The notes under the pieces: generated by a model
What the model saw: the letters and a program-made list of their open reading frames with translations, nothing else
Told to the model about the DNA's origin: nothing
The model's database searches: none
Source: Candidatus Cryptobacteroides sp.
GTDB taxonomy: Bacteria; Bacteroidota; Bacteroidia; Bacteroidales; UBA932
Reading direction: 5' to 3'
NCBI GenBank assembly: GCA_045130395.1
Contig: JBGUPS010000014.1
Location: 22,228-86,227 of the forward strand
DNA length: 64,000 bases
Shown: piece after piece, positions 45,428 to 58,214 of the stretch
Position numbering within the stretch: the stretch's first letter is position 1
Layout: each line of letters starts with the position of its first letter
Made by a program: the position numbers and the translations under genes

Positions 45428-47703
45428 TGCATAGCAGAAACTTAGTTATGGCGGTCCTTGCGACCGCCATTTTGTGCTCCTGTGGGCCCAAGTGGCAAAG
45501 CCGGGAGGCTGATGGCTATAAGCTCATCACCCAGGACGGCGGCCCTTGCCTCACTTATACTTCGGCCCCCATCCTGGAGCAGGACCGGTACGCGTTCAAA
45601 GACCTGAACCGGAACGGTGTGCTGGACCCTTACGAGGACTGGCGTCTCTCCGCCGAGGAGCGCGCCAAAGACCTGGCAGGCAGGCTCTCGATTGAGGAAA
45701 TCGCCGGCCTCATGCTCTACAGCAGCCATCAGGCGGTACCTGGCAGCGCCTATGGTTTTGGTGCAGCCAGTTATGAATCGGAGGATCACAAGTCCTGGGA
45801 CCTCACCGTGCAGCAGAAAAAGTTCCTCAAGGAGGACAATCTCAGGGCCGTGCTGGTAACCAGCGTGGAAAGCCCTGCCGTTGCAGCCCGCTGGAACAAC
45901 AACCTGCAGGCCTTTGTGGAAGCACTGGGCCAGGGTGTTCCCGTGAATATTTCTTCCGACCCCCGCAACGAGACCGCAGCCACGGCCGAATTCAACATGG
46001 GTGCCGGCGGACAGATTTCCCTCTGGCCCACTCCCCTCGGCCTGGCCGCTACTTTCGATCCCGCATTGGTGCGGAGCTTCGGCGAAATTGCTTCCCGTGA
46101 GTATCGCGCACTGGGTATCGCCACGGCCCTCAGTCCGCAAATCGACCTGGCTACCGAACCCCGCTGGAGCCGTTTCAACGGTACCTTCGGCGAGGATCCG
46201 GCCCTGGATACCGACATGGCACGTGCCTATGTGGATGGCTTCCAGACCAGCCCGGAAGGCGGTTGGGGTATGGAAAGCGTGAACGCCATGGTAAAGCACT
46301 GGCCCTCCGGCGGTCCTGAGGAAGGCGGACGCGACGCCCACTTCAACTACGGCAAATTTGCCGTATACCCCGGCGGAAACTTCCAGACCCACCTGCGCAG
46401 CTTTGTGGAAGGCGCCTTCAAACTGGAAGGTGGCACCGTCGAGGCCAGCGCCGTGATGCCTTACTACACGATTTCCTACGGAATCGACCCTTCCGGAAAG
46501 AATGTGGGCAACAGTTACAGCCAGTATATTATAGGTGAACTGCTTCGTGGCAAGTATAACTACAAAGGTGTAGTTTGCACCGACTGGAACATCACTTATG
46601 ACAACAGGTCGATCGAGTCGTTCGACGGCAAATGCTGGGGTACGGAAACCCTGACCGTAGCCGAAAGGCACTACGAAGTGCTGAAATCCGGCGTGGACCA
46701 GTTCGGCGGCAACAACGACAAAGGTCCGGTCCTGGAAGCCTACCAGATGTGGGTACGGGACTTCGGCGAGGAAGCCGCCCGCAAGCGTTTCGAGGAATCG
46801 GCCTGCCGGCTTTTGATGAATTCCTTCCGCACGGGCTTGTTTGAGAGCCCCTACACCTCTCCTGAAACCGCCATGGAGGTGGTTGGCCAGCCTGCATTCA
46901 TGGAGGCCGGCTACCTGGCCCAGGTGAAGAGCGTGGTCCTGGCAAAGAACCATGCGAAGGTGCTGCCCCTGTCGGGCCGTCCCAAGGTGTACGTTCCCAA
47001 GCGCTTCTACCCGCAGATGCCCGGCATGTTCGGCCTGTCGATGGGCCCCGAGTCGCATTGGGACTTCCCTATCGATCGTGCGCTTGTAGAGAAATATTAT
47101 GAATGGGTCGATAGTCCCGAAGAGGCCGATTTCGCCCTTGTGCTCATCCAGGAGCCTTCCACCGGTGCCGGTTATGACGTGGCCGACCGTAAGAAGGGTG
47201 GCAACGGCTATGTGCCCATCAGCCTCCAATATCGACCTTACAAAGCCGATTATGCCCGTGCGGAATCCATCGCCGGCGGCGACCCCAAGGAGTCCTTCAC
47301 CAACCGTTCCTTCAAGGGAAAGAGCGTGAAGACGTATAACGAGGCCGATCTGGACCTGGTCATCGACACCCGTAAAAAGATGGGCGACAAGCCTGTGGTG
47401 GTGGCGGTGAGCCTCTCCCGTCCGGCCGTTCTCTCCGAGCTGGAGCCTTATGCCGACGCCATTCTTCTTCGCTTCGGCGTGCAGAACCAGGCGGTGCTGG
47501 ACATTCTGAGCGGTACGCATGAACCCTCGGGCCTGCTTCCAATGCAGATGCCTGCCGATATGCGCACGGTGGAAGAGCAGTACGAGGATGTGCCCCGCGA
47601 CATGCGTCCGCTGCTGGATGCCGACGGCCATGCCTGGGACTTCGGCTTCGGTCTTAACTGGAGCGGCGTTATCAATGACGATAGAACACAAAAATACAAA
47701 TGA
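45427..47703 (+). CDS. GH3 beta-glycosidase lipoprotein
   Basis: Lipobox LCSC; SSDPRN, PQIDLATEPRW.R, VKHW, GVVCTDW (nucleophile Asp). Confidence 0.9.
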   Translation: MHSRNLVMAVLATAILCSCGPKWQSREADGYKLITQDGGPCLTYTSAPILEQDRYAFKDLNRNGVLDPYEDWRLSAEERAKDLAGRLSIEEIAGLMLYSSHQAVPGSAYGFGAASYESEDHKSWDLTVQQKKFLKEDNLRAVLVTSVESPAVAARWNNNLQAFVEALGQGVPVNISSDPRNETAATAEFNMGAGGQISLWPTPLGLAATFDPALVRSFGEIASREYRALGIATALSPQIDLATEPRWSRFNGTFGEDPALDTDMARAYVDGFQTSPEGGWGMESVNAMVKHWPSGGPEEGGRDAHFNYGKFAVYPGGNFQTHLRSFVEGAFKLEGGTVEASAVMPYYTISYGIDPSGKNVGNSYSQYIIGELLRGKYNYKGVVCTDWNITYDNRSIESFDGKCWGTETLTVAERHYEVLKSGVDQFGGNNDKGPVLEAYQMWVRDFGEEAARKRFEESACRLLMNSFRTGLFESPYTSPETAMEVVGQPAFMEAGYLAQVKSVVLAKNHAKVLPLSGRPKVYVPKRFYPQMPGMFGLSMGPESHWDFPIDRALVEKYYEWVDSPEEADFALVLIQEPSTGAGYDVADRKKGGNGYVPISLQYRPYKADYARAESIAGGDPKESFTNRSFKGKSVKTYNEADLDLVIDTRKKMGDKPVVVAVSLSRPAVLSELEPYADAILLRFGVQNQAVLDILSGTHEPSGLLPMQMPADMRTVEEQYEDVPRDMRPLLDADGHAWDFGFGLNWSGVINDDRTQKYK

Positions 47704-48788
47704 TGAAGAAAATGTTTGTTTTGGCGGCACTCCTGTGCTGCCTGCCCGCCTGGGGCCAATGGTTCCGCGAGCCTACTCCCAACGACACCCTCCAGTCCGT
47801 GCGCGTGCTGCCCGACGGGAAAGTGCTGTTCCAGATTTATGCACCCAAGGCCTCGTCGGTGATGGTTACCGGCGACCTCCCCTGGGACAAGCCGGTCAAG
47901 TTTGAGAAGGCCGATAACGGCGTGTGGAAAGGTGTGTGCGAAGGTCTTGGCGACGGCTGCTTCCGTTACAGTTTCACCGTGGATGGCGTGAAGGTCCAGG
48001 ACCCCAAGGCTCCCCTTTCGGCCGAACAGGCCTCGGTGCTTACCAAAGGCGAAGGCTATGTTCGAAATGTGCCTCACGGCGCCCTCTCGCAGCGTTTTTA
48101 CGGGTCCAAGACCTTGAACTGCCAGCGCCGTATGCATGTTTGGACGCCCGCCGGTTACGAGAAATCCTCCGCTGCCCTGCCGGTGCTGTACCTGATTCAC
48201 GGCGGTGGCGACAACGACGCCTCCTGGCCGGGCGTAGGTGCTGCCGGCTGGATCCTGGACAACCTGCTCGCAGAGGGCCGTATCGTCCCTATGATTGTGG
48301 TTATGCCTAACGGAACCATTCCTTCCGGCGACATGATGGGCGAAGTTCCCCTCTTTGCCGATGACATGGTCACCAGCATCATTCCTTTCATTGAGGCTAA
48401 CTATCGCGTTGTGGCCGACCAGGCTCACCGCGCCATGGCCGGTTTGTCGATGGGTGGCATGGAGACTATCGAGACGGCGTTCCATCATCCGGAACTCTTC
48501 TCCCACGTGTGGGTGCTCAGCTCCAGCTTCTCCCCTGGCAAGCAGAAGGAATATGTGGAGCAGATCGGCCTGAACAAAATGGCTCCGGCCCTCAACAGCA
48601 ACTTCAAGGCACTGGTGTTCACCCAGGGCGGCCCGGCTGATATCGCCTACCGCAACTGCCAGGAAGCCCTTGGCTACCTGAAAGCCGCCGGTATCAAGTA
48701 CGACTACATGGAGAATGCCCAGGCCGGCCACAGCTGGACCACCTGGCGCGCCGACCTCCAAGTCCTCGCCCCCACCCTGTTCAAGTAG
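47700..48788 (+). CDS. esterase, CBM48-like plus CE1
   Basis: Y.F.VDG..V.DP; PVLYLIHGGG; MAGLSMGG; GHSW.TWR. Confidence 0.9.
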   Translation: MMKKMFVLAALLCCLPAWGQWFREPTPNDTLQSVRVLPDGKVLFQIYAPKASSVMVTGDLPWDKPVKFEKADNGVWKGVCEGLGDGCFRYSFTVDGVKVQDPKAPLSAEQASVLTKGEGYVRNVPHGALSQRFYGSKTLNCQRRMHVWTPAGYEKSSAALPVLYLIHGGGDNDASWPGVGAAGWILDNLLAEGRIVPMIVVMPNGTIPSGDMMGEVPLFADDMVTSIIPFIEANYRVVADQAHRAMAGLSMGGMETIETAFHHPELFSHVWVLSSSFSPGKQKEYVEQIGLNKMAPALNSNFKALVFTQGGPADIAYRNCQEALGYLKAAGIKYDYMENAQAGHSWTTWRADLQVLAPTLFK

Positions 48789-48818
48789 CAGCTCTTTTAC
48801 TGCCCCGGCTTGTGCGGG

Positions 48819-48925
48819 GTGATCGCTATAACATTGAGCCTCAATAACTTATTAGAAAATCCTCGTCGCGTTTTGCGACGAGGATTATTCTATATTGTAC
48901 TATGTATCAATTACTTAGTGATCAC
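48819..48925 (+). mobile_element. 107-bp MITE-like palindromic element, copy A
   Basis: Terminal IR GTGATCGCTA...TAGTGATCAC; central hairpin AATCCTCGTCGC-GTTTT-GCGACGAGGATT; 99/107 identical by manual alignment to the reverse complement of 52503-52609. Confidence 0.65.
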
Positions 48926-50112
48926 TACGAGCGGCGGCGCTTGAGCCAATGCTCGGTGAGCCACTTGCGGGTGGGCTCGTCGAAGGCCTTGAACAGGGCG
49001 TAGGCCATGCCGACGGAGAAGAAGAATACGCCTACCGCAACCAGTACGTGCTGCCACAGGGGGGCATCGGCATACTTTACGGCAAAACTCATCTGGGCGT
49101 AAATCAAGGGATAGTGCGTGATATACAGCGGGAACGATACGTCGCCCAGGAATTTGCAGAAGCGGGTGGAGAACGCGTCCGTGGTTTGGGAGCCGGCACC
49201 GGTTAGGACGATGAGCGGGAAGAGCACGAGAATGCTCGCGGCCTGGAACAGACCGTCCGGAACGCCGCTTTTGCCGCCGATGCAAGGCATGGCCAGGATA
49301 CCTGCCAGCACAAACGCACACCACCAGAAGCCTCCACGGATGCGGATGGGAGAGCCGCTGGGGTTATTTTCCGTTCTACGACCCGGAAGAATGCGGGAAA
49401 TAAGCAAGCCGCAAAGGAAAGGATACAGCAGCCGCGTAAAGCCGACATACATCTGCTGCCCGGTGATGCTCCAGCCGCCGATTACAGTATACTGGGGCCC
49501 GTCGGGGAAAAAGCCGAAGACATCCCAGCCGAGGGCAAGGTCCAGGGTAAAGAAGGCGCAGAACACGCAAAGTGCGGCCAGGGCGATTTTAGGCAAATGC
49601 CTGAATACCAGCGCATAAAGGATATTTCCGCAATATTCCAGCAGGAGCGTCCACTGCGGCCCGTTCAGGCCGAATTCCTCGTTCCAGCCGCGAATGTCCA
49701 TCGACCCTCCGGTGGGAATCATCAGGAACCCGCAAAGTACGCAGAGGAGGATTTTCCATAGCGGAGCCTGCAGGATATTCGGGAAGGCATCGGCCCCAAA
49801 ATATAAAAGGAAAAAGCCTACAAGCGTGCCGATGATGACCATGGGATGCAGGCGCGTGAGACGGCGCTTGAAGAAGCCCCAGGTGGTCATTTTGTCCCAG
49901 CGGTCGTCGTAGGCGTACCCGATGACGAAGCCGGACAGGACAAAGAAGAAATCTACGGCCAGATAGCCGTGGTTGATGATTTGGTAAGCGGGGCCTTTGG
50001 AATAAGTCTCGAATAAATGGAAGACCACGACCATCATGGCCGCCACGCCGCGCAGTCCGTCCAGAATCTCGTATCTGGGCTTGGATGCCAGGTAAATGTT
50101 TTCTTTTGCCAT
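48925..50112 (-). CDS. acyltransferase family 3 (OafA-like) membrane protein
   Basis: RYEILDGLRG.AA..VV.FH, GYLAVDFFFVLSGFVI, RRL.RL.P, WTL..EY, LGD.S.PLY..H. Confidence 0.92.
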   Translation of the reverse strand: MAKENIYLASKPRYEILDGLRGVAAMMVVVFHLFETYSKGPAYQIINHGYLAVDFFFVLSGFVIGYAYDDRWDKMTTWGFFKRRLTRLHPMVIIGTLVGFFLLYFGADAFPNILQAPLWKILLCVLCGFLMIPTGGSMDIRGWNEEFGLNGPQWTLLLEYCGNILYALVFRHLPKIALAALCVFCAFFTLDLALGWDVFGFFPDGPQYTVIGGWSITGQQMYVGFTRLLYPFLCGLLISRILPGRRTENNPSGSPIRIRGGFWWCAFVLAGILAMPCIGGKSGVPDGLFQAASILVLFPLIVLTGAGSQTTDAFSTRFCKFLGDVSFPLYITHYPLIYAQMSFAVKYADAPLWQHVLVAVGVFFFSVGMAYALFKAFDEPTRKWLTEHWLKRRRS

Positions 50113-50188
50113 AGTATACAAATATAGTCAATTTATCCGGATGAAAAAAACGCCGCCGTATTTTTGAAAAAAGCAGGAAAATTCCTAA

Positions 50189-51444
<1,256 letters not shown>

Positions 51445-51445
<1 letters not shown>

Positions 51446-52506
51446 TGAGACGCTTTCTTTTATCCATTGTCGCGGGCGTGTGTCTGTTCGCCTGCGCAAA
51501 TCCGCAGGGGCCGCTTCCCCGCGGAAAGGCTTCTCCCGAGTTGACATCGGCCTTTGAATCCTATATCCAGGCCGTTGCCGACAGTGCTGTCAATATGCAC
51601 AGCGTCATGGTCCTGCAGCATGGGAAGGTCCTGTGCGAGCATTTCTGGGCGCCCGACACGGCGCACATCATGAACTCCGTTTCCAAGACCTTCACTTCAA
51701 CGGCCGTCGGCTTTGCCATCTCCGAAGGACTGCTGTCACTGGAAGACCGCATCGTGGACTTGTTCCCGGAAAGTGTGCCGGCCAACGCTTCCGACACCCT
51801 CTCGCGGGTCACGCTGCGGCACCTCCTTACCATGAATTCCGGCCACGGCACCGACCCCACCTATGCAACGCGTGTGCAGGACTGTGACTGGATCAACGCC
51901 TTCATGAGCTGGCCGTTCAAGTTCGAGCCTGGGACGTGCTATTGCTACAACAGCCTGGGAACGTACTTGCTGTCGGCCGCCGTCCAAAAAGTGACCGGAG
52001 AAAAGATTGTCGATTACCTGGACACCCGCCTGTGGCAGCCGCTGGGCATTCCCAAGCCGTTCTGGCAGGAGAGCCCCGCCGGCATCAACACCGGTGGCTG
52101 GGGCCTGTACATCCACACGGAAGACATGGCCCGCATGGGACTGTGCCTCCTGAATGGCGGCAAGTTTAATGGCAAGCAGGTGATTCCTGCCGATTGGGTC
52201 CGTGAGATGACTGCCAACCAGGTGCCGTCCGTGGGCGCCGGCCTCAATGAAAACCAGGTGAAGGAGATACTTGCCCAGCATCCCAACTTACCTTACTTCC
52301 TGCCCGAAAACAGCGACTGGGTGCAAGGCTACGGCTACCAGATGTGGCGCTGCCGCCACAACGCCGTACGCGCCGACGGTGCCAACGGCCAGTACATCAT
52401 CGTGATGCCCGACCAGGACGCCGTCATCGTCACCACCGCCCATGTCAAGGACATGCAGCAGGAAATAAACCTGATCTGGGACCACATTTTCCCCGCGCTG
52501 CAGTGA
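51445..52506 (+). CDS. serine hydrolase, beta-lactamase/esterase class C-like lipoprotein
   Basis: Lipobox LFAC; NSVSKT (SxxK), LRHLLTM.SG, Y.YNS, GYGYQ.W, RADGA.GQ. Confidence 0.88.
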
Positions 52507-52609
52507 TCGCTAAGTAATTGACACATAGCGCAATATAGAATAATCCTCGTCGCAAAACGCGACGAGGATTTTCTAATAAGTGATTGAAGCTCAATGCTTT
52601 AGCGATCAC
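52503..52609 (-). mobile_element. 107-bp MITE-like palindromic element, copy B (inverted relative to A)
   Basis: Terminal IR GTGATCGCTA...TAGCGATCAC; its first bases supply the TGA stop of the serine hydrolase. Confidence 0.65.
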
Positions 52610-52625
52610 CCAAAGCTAGAGGGCA

Positions 52626-53897
52626 TCAGTGCGCCAGCATCCAGTTCATGGGGCTGTCCTGGGAGTAGTCGTCCAGGAGCGGGACCCAGGAGAAGTGGGC
52701 CATCATGGGCGATACACCCCAGCTGATCAGGTCTTCGTCGGAATAGATGAGGACCTTATCCTGGGTGGCACCCAGGCGTTTACGGGCTTCGGAATAGGCG
52801 TAGGTGCTGGCCACCTTGCAGGTATTGTCGGTAGCGGCATGCACAAAGAACATGGGCAGGTTCACGAAAGCCTGCACGTCCATCGGGCTCAAAACCATAT
52901 TGGAGCCATCCCATTTATAAACAACAGGACCGTTCCAGACTTTGACAAGATCGTCCACAAACTGACCGGGATACTTCTCATCGACCTTGTGAATAGGGAC
53001 GATGGGATCCATGGCGCAGCAAGGAATGGCCGCGGCAAAGCGCTCAGCAAACTGCATCATGAAACGCATGGTGCAACCGCCGCCACTGGAGGCGCCGGCG
53101 CAGTACAGATGCGCTCCGTCCACGGTACCATCGGCAATAAGCGTGTCGATGAAAGCCATCTGGAGGGCATTGTTGCGGTCGATGAGTTCAATCTTCTCCG
53201 GATAGAGCGATGCGCTGTAGTGGTAGTTGGGATTGGCGATGGCAAACACCAGCGCGGCACAGGGAATCCCCTGGGAGGCCAGCGATACCAGGCAGCGGTT
53301 AGCGGTTGCTACGGTCTGCATGTCGCGGTCGTATTCACCGCCGCCGATCTGCCAAACCATCAGCGGCACGTTCTTAATCACGTTTCCGGAAGCATCCTTG
53401 GGCAGGTGCAGCATGTATTCGCGGGTCAGTCCACCGAAGGAGAATTCCCCGTGAATGCAGTCGTCAAGGACGGCCATGTGCTGGGCAGTGACCTGCTCGG
53501 GCGTCACGTTCAGGGCCGAATCGACCGCGCAGTGCAGCTCCCAGGGCAGGCGTTTGAAGAAGCCTTCCATCTTGCCATCCTTTCCAAAAGGCTTGGCCTC
53601 GATGCGAAGGACGTTCTTCTTGCGGGAAAGGACGATACCATCGTCTTCGTAAGCCTCGGAGAACTTACCTGTAGCAGCATCGACAAAGGCACCGGACGTA
53701 TTGTTGACCAGGTCGAAGTCGGCGGCGGTGAGGCCCTTCAGCGAGCGCGGGTTGGCCACGGTAATCTCGATGGCATCCACCAGGACGCCGTAGTCCCCCA
53801 CCTCGGTGCATATTTCTACCTTCTCCACTTGGGCAGAAGGTCTGGGGCCGCAGGCTGCCACCAGCAGCGCGGCCCCGAGTACCCATAATTTCTTCAT
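52626..53897 (-). CDS. lipoprotein with a C-terminal alpha/beta-hydrolase (esterase/peptidase-like) domain
   Basis: Lipobox VAAC; PLMVW..GGGE, GASSGG (GxSxG), FAAAIP, FFVHA..D, HFSW. Confidence 0.65.
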   Translation of the reverse strand: MKKLWVLGAALLVAACGPRPSAQVEKVEICTEVGDYGVLVDAIEITVANPRSLKGLTAADFDLVNNTSGAFVDAATGKFSEAYEDDGIVLSRKKNVLRIEAKPFGKDGKMEGFFKRLPWELHCAVDSALNVTPEQVTAQHMAVLDDCIHGEFSFGGLTREYMLHLPKDASGNVIKNVPLMVWQIGGGEYDRDMQTVATANRCLVSLASQGIPCAALVFAIANPNYHYSASLYPEKIELIDRNNALQMAFIDTLIADGTVDGAHLYCAGASSGGGCTMRFMMQFAERFAAAIPCCAMDPIVPIHKVDEKYPGQFVDDLVKVWNGPVVYKWDGSNMVLSPMDVQAFVNLPMFFVHAATDNTCKVASTYAYSEARKRLGATQDKVLIYSDEDLISWGVSPMMAHFSWVPLLDDYSQDSPMNWMLAH

Positions 53898-53898
53898 A

Positions 53899-56160
53899 CT
53901 AGATGTTTACAGTAGCTTTCTCACGGATGTCGTCGGAAGCGCTGCCCAGCAGGAGTTCCAACTGGCCGTGCTCCAACTGCCACTGAGCGGCATCCACATC
54001 CCAGTAACGCAGTTCGCAGAGCGGAATCTCCAGGGTAACCTTACGGGTCTCCCCTGCCTTCAGTGAAACGCGCTTGAAAGCCTTGAGTTCCTTAGCGGGC
54101 CACTCTACGGCAGAGTCGATACGACGGACATAGAGCTGGACCACCTCATCGGCATCCATCTCGCCCTCGTTCTCCAGCTCGAAGCTCACCTTTACGGCAT
54201 TCTTGCCGGCTGTGGCCTTCAGGTCGGAGTAGTCAAACTTCACATAGGACAGACCGTGACCAAAGGCGAACATCGGCTTCACTTCCTTGGTGTCGAACCA
54301 ACGGTAGCCCACCAGGGAGCCTTCCGTGTAGTGCGACTCGGGCTTAGGCAGGGAGTCGATGAGTTTCTGGCGCTCCTGCGGGCTCATGGCCATCACGTCG
54401 GGACGGAACATGAGGGAGAACAGGTCGCCACCGGCGTTGGAGCCAGGGAAATTGCCAAGGGCATAGGCCGGAGAATCTTCCAGCTTCACCGGGAAGGTGA
54501 AAGGCAGTTTTCCGGAAGGGGCGATGTCGCCGAAGAGCACCTGGGCAAGGGCCGTACCACCCTCGGTACCATTCCACCAAGCCTGGACGATGGCCGGAGA
54601 AGCGGGCTCCAGCACCTGCAGATCGGTGGGACCGCCGGAAACCAGCACGCTCACGAGGTTGGGATTGGCAGCACGAAGGGCCTGGACCAGTTCTTCCTGG
54701 CCGCAGGGCAGTTTGATATCCTTGCGGTCGCTGCCTTCGGTTTCGATACTCTTGTTGGTACCGCCGAAGAACAGGACAAGGTCCGCCTCCTTGGCAAGCG
54801 CCACAGCCTGCTCCAGAAGAGCGGGATCGGCGGGCTCGTCGATAGCGGCAGCCTCAAGCGGATCGGGAGCAGCACCGGCAGGCCTTCCCCAACGGAAAAT
54901 GCCAGGGAAATTCTTGTAACCGGGAGCATACACCACCTCCACACCGGCACCGGCACGTTTGGTGATGCCTTCCAGCGGAGTCACTTCATAGAGAGCCTTC
55001 ACACCGGCACCCATACCGCCGCTCTGGGTCTTGAGGACGGCATTCTGGCCGATAACGGCAATCTTCTTGACATCGGCCTTGATGGGCAGCACACCCTCGT
55101 TCTTAAGCAGGACGATGGACTTCTGAGCCACCTGCAGGGCAATCTGCTGGCTGGCGGGCTGGGAAGTCATGACGGTGTTGGCAACATCGGCAGGAACAGC
55201 CTCGATGGCCAGACGGACACGGAGGATTTCCTTCACCTTCTCATCGACCATAGCCTCGGTAAGGGCACCGGTGGCGATGGAGTCGATGACAGGCTGGCCC
55301 AGGTAGTTGGAACCGGTCATCTGGACGTTCAGGCCGTGCAGCATGGCGCCCATGGTGCTGTGCGTGCCGCCCCAGTCGGAAACAGTGAAGCCTTTGAAGC
55401 CCCACTCGCCGCGGAGGATCTCGTTCAGCAGGTGCTCGTTCTCGGAGCAGTAGTCGCCGTTCACCTTGTTGTAGGCCGGCATCACGCTCATGGCACCACC
55501 TTCGATGATGGCACGCTCGAACGGCTTGAGGTAAATCTCACGGAGGGTACGTTCATCCACGATGGCATTCACGCTGCCGCGGTTGGTCTCCTGGTTGTTG
55601 ACGGCGAAGTGCTTGATACACACGGCCGTTCCTTCGTCCTGGCAACCCTTGGTGTATTCCAAGGCAAGGGCGGCGCTCAGGATGGGGTCTTCCGACAGAT
55701 ACTCATAGGTACGGCCACCGACGGGCAGGCGCTGGATGTTCACGGCCGGGCCCAGGATCACATCCTTGCCACGGAGCCGGGCTTCCTTACCCATGCCGGT
55801 GCCATATTTGTAAGCCAGTTCCTCACTCCAGGTAGCGGCAAGAGCGCTGCCCGTAGGGAAATAAGTAGCGCTGTCCAGCGTCCAGCCGGCGCTCATGAAG
55901 CCATTGGGCTGTCCTTCTTCGCGGATGCCGAAAGGACCGTCGGCGTAGTTCATATCGGCAATGCCGAGGCGCTCTACACCGGCCGAGGACATGTTGGTCT
56001 TGGAGTGCAGCATGTTCACCTTCTCTTCCAGGGTCATCTGGGCGATAAGGGCGTCGATCTGCTTGTCATTTACGGTCAGTTTGTCCTGCAGATTCACTGC
56101 CTTTTGACCGCAGGCAGCCGCCACAAGGAGGGCGGCTGCAAGATAAAGGGTTCTTTTCAT
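53899..56160 (-). CDS. GH3 beta-glucosidase/xylosidase with FnIII C-terminus
   Basis: MTLEEKV, LGPAVNI.R.P..GRTYEY.SEDP, IKHFAVN, FTVSDW, SGKLP.TFP, FGHGLSY. Confidence 0.93.
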   Translation of the reverse strand: MKRTLYLAAALLVAAACGQKAVNLQDKLTVNDKQIDALIAQMTLEEKVNMLHSKTNMSSAGVERLGIADMNYADGPFGIREEGQPNGFMSAGWTLDSATYFPTGSALAATWSEELAYKYGTGMGKEARLRGKDVILGPAVNIQRLPVGGRTYEYLSEDPILSAALALEYTKGCQDEGTAVCIKHFAVNNQETNRGSVNAIVDERTLREIYLKPFERAIIEGGAMSVMPAYNKVNGDYCSENEHLLNEILRGEWGFKGFTVSDWGGTHSTMGAMLHGLNVQMTGSNYLGQPVIDSIATGALTEAMVDEKVKEILRVRLAIEAVPADVANTVMTSQPASQQIALQVAQKSIVLLKNEGVLPIKADVKKIAVIGQNAVLKTQSGGMGAGVKALYEVTPLEGITKRAGAGVEVVYAPGYKNFPGIFRWGRPAGAAPDPLEAAAIDEPADPALLEQAVALAKEADLVLFFGGTNKSIETEGSDRKDIKLPCGQEELVQALRAANPNLVSVLVSGGPTDLQVLEPASPAIVQAWWNGTEGGTALAQVLFGDIAPSGKLPFTFPVKLEDSPAYALGNFPGSNAGGDLFSLMFRPDVMAMSPQERQKLIDSLPKPESHYTEGSLVGYRWFDTKEVKPMFAFGHGLSYVKFDYSDLKATAGKNAVKVSFELENEGEMDADEVVQLYVRRIDSAVEWPAKELKAFKRVSLKAGETRKVTLEIPLCELRYWDVDAAQWQLEHGQLELLLGSASDDIREKATVNI

Positions 56161-56163
56161 GGT

Positions 56164-58213
<2,050 letters not shown>

Positions 58214-58214
<1 letters not shown>

